From Macrostomum lignano (taxonomy: Eukaryota): 64,000 nt of DNA. Made by a program: the position numbers and the translations under genes. This document shows positions 59,386 to 64,000 of the stretch, one piece after another (the first letter of the stretch is position 1; each line of letters begins with the position of its first letter). The DNA lies in NCBI GenBank assembly GCA_002269645.1, contig NIVC01000034.1:1-64000 (forward strand), given 5' to 3'. The notes beneath the pieces were generated by a model, which saw nothing but the letters and a program-made list of their open reading frames with translations, was not told where the DNA came from and did not search any database.

Positions 59386-59535
59386 GTATGAGAATTGAAA
59401 AACACTATTATAGCTATATAACTAGTCATTATTAATGTCCTGTTGCAACGAGCCTTGTAGAAAATTAGTCAGAATTGGGAGTTTAGCAGTTACACGATTT
59501 TACAGTGATTGATTGCTGCTTTCACTGTATTTCAG

Positions 59536-59878
59536 CCTTTGGTTTATCAAACAGCAGATTTAGTGGCTTTGACATTAAAGCTTTGCAATGTCAAAGCAAT
59601 GGCGCTGATACATGTCTATGGAGCGATGACAATGGCTACAATACAAAAGCGCACTGGAAGCTGGCTGCTGTGCAGTCTTCGCCAGACTCTCCGTTACACC
59701 GATCAGCTTTCTGCATGGTTCCAATAAATCCTAGCGTCACGGCTGCGACCTCAATTTCGGCTAGATTTGTCAGCTTATTTCTCTCCGAACCGATTGAGTC
59801 CGCCTGCTTGCAGTTTGTGTATCAGTTGGTACCTGCAGCCTCAGCTCCATCGCTCCAGTTGCTTAAACGTCACTCTGG
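59536..59878 (+). CDS. Variable exon V4
   Basis: 343 nt, phase 1 to 2, ends LLKRHSG|GT. Selector GCAACGAGCCTTG at 59445-59457. Confidence 0.82.
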
Positions 59879-59995
59879 GTAAATTGCACAGGATTCCCCT
59901 TTAATTTTTTTTCGAATAGGATGGAGCAACGAAACCTTGATTGACCAAAACTCTGTTGATAATTTAGTAAAATAATGGCTTGAAAAATAATCTAG

Positions 59996-60305
59996 TTACC
60001 GGTCTATCTGATGAAGCTGTAAAACAATTGCACTGCGATAGTGGATCCCGCTGCTATTGGCTAGATGACAGTTACAATACTGACGCCCACTGGCAGTTGG
60101 CTACTGTTACTGAGAGTTCTCGCTTTCAAACGCACTATTGCCTAATTAGAGATGTGTCGGCGCTTAAACGTGTAACTAAGGCTCGTTTTGTTAGCCGCTT
60201 TGTTACTGACAGCAAAGTGGGCTGTTTGCACTTTCGCTATCTGATCAGTCAGCAGGATGATGAGTTAAGTGGTGCGGATCTGCACCTGCTTCGACGGAAT
60301 CGAGG
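59996..60305 (+). CDS. Variable exon V5
   Basis: 310 nt, phase 1 to 2, ends LLRRNRG|GT. Selector ATGGAGCAACGAAACCTTG at 59921-59939. Confidence 0.8.
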
Positions 60306-60474
60306 GTATGGCGCTGGTTTCTTTTGTACTCTTAGTTATGATGCTGCATGATTACTTACTGTTATTTTAAACTTGTTCAAACAAACACGAGCAACGAGCC
60401 TTGACTAGCTTGCAGTTTCTTTATAAACTGATAATTATATAGTCCAGGTTATACATTAGATGGCTCTCTTGCAG

Positions 60475-60760
60475 CAACTAAAATAGATCTGCAGTGCACA
60501 GCTCGAGGTCACTGTGCCTGGCTCAACGACGTTTTCAATCGTCTGCACTGGACCTTGGCAGACGTTGGTGCAGTTGCTGGTGGTAACACTGGCCTGTGTC
60601 TTGTACCTCAGTCGGTGTCGTCATCTTCTGTTGGTAGCGATGCAGGCGGTCAATTTGTCAGTCCGACGGTATTTTCTAAAGTTAGCGGTCAGATGTGTCT
60701 TCAGTTTGTCTACTGGACTGCTGGTCGAGCTAAATTGAATCTATTAAAGCGCAGTTTAGG
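60475..60760 (+). CDS. Variable exon V6
   Basis: 286 nt (alternative same-phase acceptor at 60460), ends LLKRSLG|GT. Selector GAGCAACGAGCCTTG at 60389-60403. Confidence 0.8.
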
Positions 60761-60902
60761 GTATGATTTATCATTTTAGCGATGCTTGAACCGTCAAGAT
60801 ATATTTAGTTAATTTGATTTGATGCAACGAGCCTTGTCTAAAGTTTCTGTTTATAATAGATCTTTAACGACTACATTGACTCTTTCGGAAAATCAATTTT
60901 AG

Positions 60903-61257
60903 CCGGTACATTAGCTGCAGTGTCAGTACCCGAGTTAACGTGCATAAGTACGTCAGCTAGCCCTTGCACTTGGCGCGACGATCAAGATAATATTGACGCT
61001 CATTGGCGCGCCTCCTTGTATCCGTCGGCTGCATTTCAGTCACCGCGATGTCTAGTGCCGGAGCCAAGCGTTTTGTCGGGTTCTAGCTACTCTAGCTCAC
61101 GACCCTTAACCGTAGCTCGGTTTGTTAGCCAATGGCTTACTGGCAGACGTGGTGATATGTGTCTTCAGTTTGCCTATCGAATTGATCAACCGATGGCTAC
61201 TCGTAAAGAGACAACTGTTGCTGGTGCTGGATTAAGCTTGCTGAAACGGAGCAGAGG
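60903..61257 (+). CDS. Variable exon V7
   Basis: 355 nt, phase 1 to 2, ends LLKRSRG|GT. Selector GCAACGAGCCTTG at 60824-60836. Confidence 0.82.
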
Positions 61258-61415
61258 GTATGAGTTGGCTATAAAAATAATGCAAAAAACGTGAAATAAC
61301 TGGAGTAACGAGCTTTTGTCATAAAATTTCAGTTAGTGTCCTTGGAATTTTGGCTTAAATATTGTAAGAGATGCATGTCTAATTATTTAACTGCTAGACT
61401 GTTTTTCCACCTCAG

Positions 61416-61734
61416 CGACGCTTGAACAGTTGTCCTGCCACGCTGGCGGTCACTGCAGTTGGCGTGATGATTTCGACAATAAAGGCGCCCACTGGGTGTC
61501 CGCCCTGGATGCTGCAAGCGACGCGTCCTCGTTAGGCAGCGGCAGATCGCACCTGTGCTTGGTTCAGAGCGGACCTCAGCCGCACAGTTTAGTGACTGGT
61601 CGCTTTGAGAGTCACTGGATTGCTGCCACTAAATCTGATAATGAGCAGCAGTTGTCGCCATCTGTTTGCCTCACGTTCAGCTACTTGACGGCGCCGCGGG
61701 AGGTGTCGCTGAGTTTGCTCAAGCGAAACTGGGG
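61416..61734 (+). CDS. Variable exon V8
   Basis: 319 nt, phase 1 to 2, ends LLKRNWG|GT. Selector TGGAGTAACGAGCTTT at 61301-61316. Confidence 0.82.
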
Positions 61735-61847
61735 GTAAAAGAAATTGAGTTTAAATTTTGTTTACTTTGTGAGCAATGAGCTTTGCCATTAGTTATTGCT
61801 TGTATTTTAAAATTGTTTTTGTGACGCTTGCCTGAACATGAATTCAG

Positions 61848-62205
61848 CTTCTAAAATGGCTGACGAACGTCTTGCTTGTTCTTCGAGCACTTCGGCAATC
61901 TGTGCTTGGCGAAACGATCTTGACAACAAAGACGGCGCTTGGAAAATGACGCTGGAGCCGCCTGGCTTTAGCCGCGCAGCACTCTCGTCTTACTGTTTGG
62001 TTCCTATCAGGCGTCCAATGTCATCTGGCAGGAGTTCTGTCAGTCTAGTTGCTGAATTTCATAGCGCTTGGGTGTCTGGAGGGACGACAGGATCAGACCC
62101 TAGTGCTGGTCAATTGTGTCTTCAGTTTGCATTTAGAGTGAAGGATTCGTTCCATTCTTCTAGTGCCAGCGCGGCAAAACTGGTTCTGCTAAAACGCGTC
62201 TCTGG
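61848..62205 (+). CDS. Variable exon V9
   Basis: 358 nt, phase 1 to 2, ends LLKRVSG|GT. Selector GAGCAATGAGCTTTGCCA at 61771-61788. Confidence 0.82.
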
Positions 62206-62331
62206 GTAGGAGTTTTTGCATCATGTTTATTCCCGCTTCTTTAGGCGAGCCTTGCCAAGTTTATTGAATTTGATAGCACACCTGTGGTAGCTGAAATTGT
62301 AACCGTTTTTTATGTCTTTTTTTCAAATAAG

Positions 62332-62674
62332 TTACCCACTGCGTTTCGGTTGACTGCTCCTCAAAATTGCCAAATGTTTGCACATGGAGCGACGGTCAAT
62401 TCAATCGAGCTGCCAACTGGAAGGTCGCAATTGACTCCAATAGTCGCTGTGCTTCCTATTGCCTCGTTCCAAATAAGATTAGGTCTCAAGCGATGACGTC
62501 ATCACGTAGCTCTTCGGCACAGGCTTACACTGGAAGCTTTCTTAGTGGCTGGATTGTCGCTGAAGAGTCAAGACAGAATCCAATGTGTCTGCAATTCAAT
62601 TACAAGTTTGTTCTAGCAGAGCCAGTAATATCCAAGCCTGGATTGCAACTGGCTTTGTTAAAGCGTACATTTGG
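62332..62674 (+). CDS. Variable exon V10
   Basis: 343 nt, phase 1 to 2, ends LLKRTFG|GT. Selector GGCGAGCCTTGCCAA at 62244-62258. Confidence 0.82.
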
Positions 62675-62796
62675 GTATGTTTTTGGATTAAATTGGAGCA
62701 ACGAGTCTTATTAATCAATTTTTAGCTTGATAAAAAATGCATCAAGTTTAATTAGTATATGTAAAGCATCTAGAACTCGTAAATGCCCTCTTATAG

Positions 62797-63115
62797 CCGT
62801 CTCAATTGATTGCTCATCGACCTCGCCTACTTTTTGCACTTGGAGCGATTCACCTTTTAATCGGGCAGCCAATTGGAAGGCCGCAATCGATCCCAGCGTT
62901 CGTAGCGGTGGTAGAAGCGCGTCCTATTGCTTGATTCCAAATAGACCAGTAGCTACAGAAGACACTACTCACAGCGGTAGCTTTCTTAGTAATTGGATAA
63001 CCAAAACGAAAGAATCCGGTTCGCCAGAGCAGCAGATGTGTGTTCAGTTTGCGTACAAGTTTATTGGTTCGCCAATGACTAGAATGCATCTGGCTCTGTT
63101 AAAGCGTTCATATGG
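62797..63115 (+). CDS. Variable exon V11
   Basis: 319 nt, phase 1 to 2, ends LLKRSYG|GT. Selector TGGAGCAACGAGTCTT at 62694-62709. Confidence 0.82.
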
Positions 63116-63245
63116 GTAAGGTCTAAAACCTGTCAGGTAAAAGTGAGCTTTTTACAGTAGAGTTTCTTTGAGCAACGAGTCCTTGTGTATGCTGCTTTTT
63201 CATTTTTGCTATAGGTACGTTTGTACTTGTTTTATTGCGTTATAG

Positions 63246-63576
63246 TGACATGTCTTGCCTCTTCGATTAATTGCTCGTCCAATTCGCCTATGCTCTGCTC
63301 GTGGAGCGATTATCCATTCAATCGAGCCGCTAATTGGAAGGCAACAATCGATTCTAATAGTCGTTCGTCCTCTTATTGTTTAATTCCTAATGCGGCTTTG
63401 GTGATGCCTATTAATGCAGCGTCTGAACAAGGATTTGCGGCCAGCTTTATTAGCGGTTGGATCGCTGGAAAAAACCAACGCTCGATGTGCTTGCAGTTTG
63501 CGTATAAATTTTTAGTGTCATCTCAATTGCCTGAACGTAGGCAGTCTTCTCTGGCATTATTGAAACGTTCATTTGG
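63246..63576 (+). CDS. Variable exon V12
   Basis: 331 nt, phase 1 to 2, ends LLKRSFG|GT. Selector GAGCAACGAGTCCTTG at 63170-63185. Confidence 0.82.
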
Positions 63577-63872
63577 GTATGCTTTTATTTCAACTGATGC
63601 GATAAAAAAATGAGTACAAAAAGGTTCTGCTGCCCCCATAGATTAAAAAATTTCGTCAGGAGCGATGCATTGAAAAGCCTTAAAATGCGTCGTATGTTTG
63701 GTCATGAAGCTTTACTCCGGGCCTCTGTGAGACTGTATATTCGGGTGCAACAAAAAACTACTCCGTCTCTTAGAAGTAAAAGTTTTGAGATGGAGCAATG
63801 AGCCTTTATAATGTTAATAGAGTGGAAGTATGATGACGCATGATGCATTTTCTCTGAAAATAATTACTATAG

Positions 63873-64000
63873 CTACTTCGTCGACACATTTAATTGACTG
63901 CTCATCGAGCTCTCCTATGCTTTGCGCATGGAGCGATGATCCTTACAATCGAGCAGCCAATTGGAAGGTGGCCATCGACCCCAGAACTGGCCACTCGTCC
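63873..64000 (+). CDS. Variable exon V13 (runs off window)
   Basis: Phase-1 acceptor, ATSSTHLIDCSSSSPMLCAWSDDPYNRAANWKVAIDP. Selector ATGGAGCAATGAGCCTT at 63790-63806. Confidence 0.8.

Noticed and set aside
58417-63806. Intronic GCAACGAGCC motif as SECIS, recombination signal or transcription-factor site
   Set aside because: No in-frame UGA recoding and no SECIS geometry. A single inverted partner plus wobble-type variation points to pre-mRNA pairing. Somatic DNA inversion is not strictly excluded but is less parsimonious.
57814-64000. Reading the V exons as a constitutive poly-MAM repeat protein or as separate tandem genes
   Set aside because: Exon phases (1 to 2) forbid in-frame concatenation, and only one signal-peptide exon is seen. 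The ORF-track starts are intronic.

Overview
AT-rich, repeat-dense animal genomic DNA with spliceosomal introns. The look (abundant 15-32 bp minisatellites, Polinton) fits a free-living flatworm such as Macrostomum, but that is inference. From left to right: (1) 1-8186, the virion module of a Polinton/Maverick (packaging ATPase, penton, pX-like protein, integrase-chromodomain, basic core protein, hexon/MCP, adenain, a repeat protein), cut off by (2) two head-to-tail Helitron-like non-autonomous elements and a 5'-truncated non-LTR retrotransposon with a 14-bp TSD; (3) satellites and a foldback element just upstream of a Six1/2 (sine oculis) homeobox gene; (4) a consortin-like gene, an SLC49A3-like MFS transporter and a low-specificity threonine aldolase; (5) from 57318 to the window end, the most striking feature. 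A signal-peptide exon is followed by at least 13 tandem paralogous exons, each encoding the N-terminal part of a MAM-like domain. All 12 complete exons enter in phase 1, exit in phase 2 and are 3n+1 long (the 13th also enters in phase 1), so they cannot be spliced to each other in frame. The leader intron holds one site (57464-57488) that is the reverse complement of a motif lying about 55-100 nt upstream of every variable exon, with G-U-compatible substitutions. This is the architecture of Dscam1-type docking-site/selector mutually exclusive splicing, here in a non-Ig gene. I know of no description of it in this kind of gene and could not run a search.
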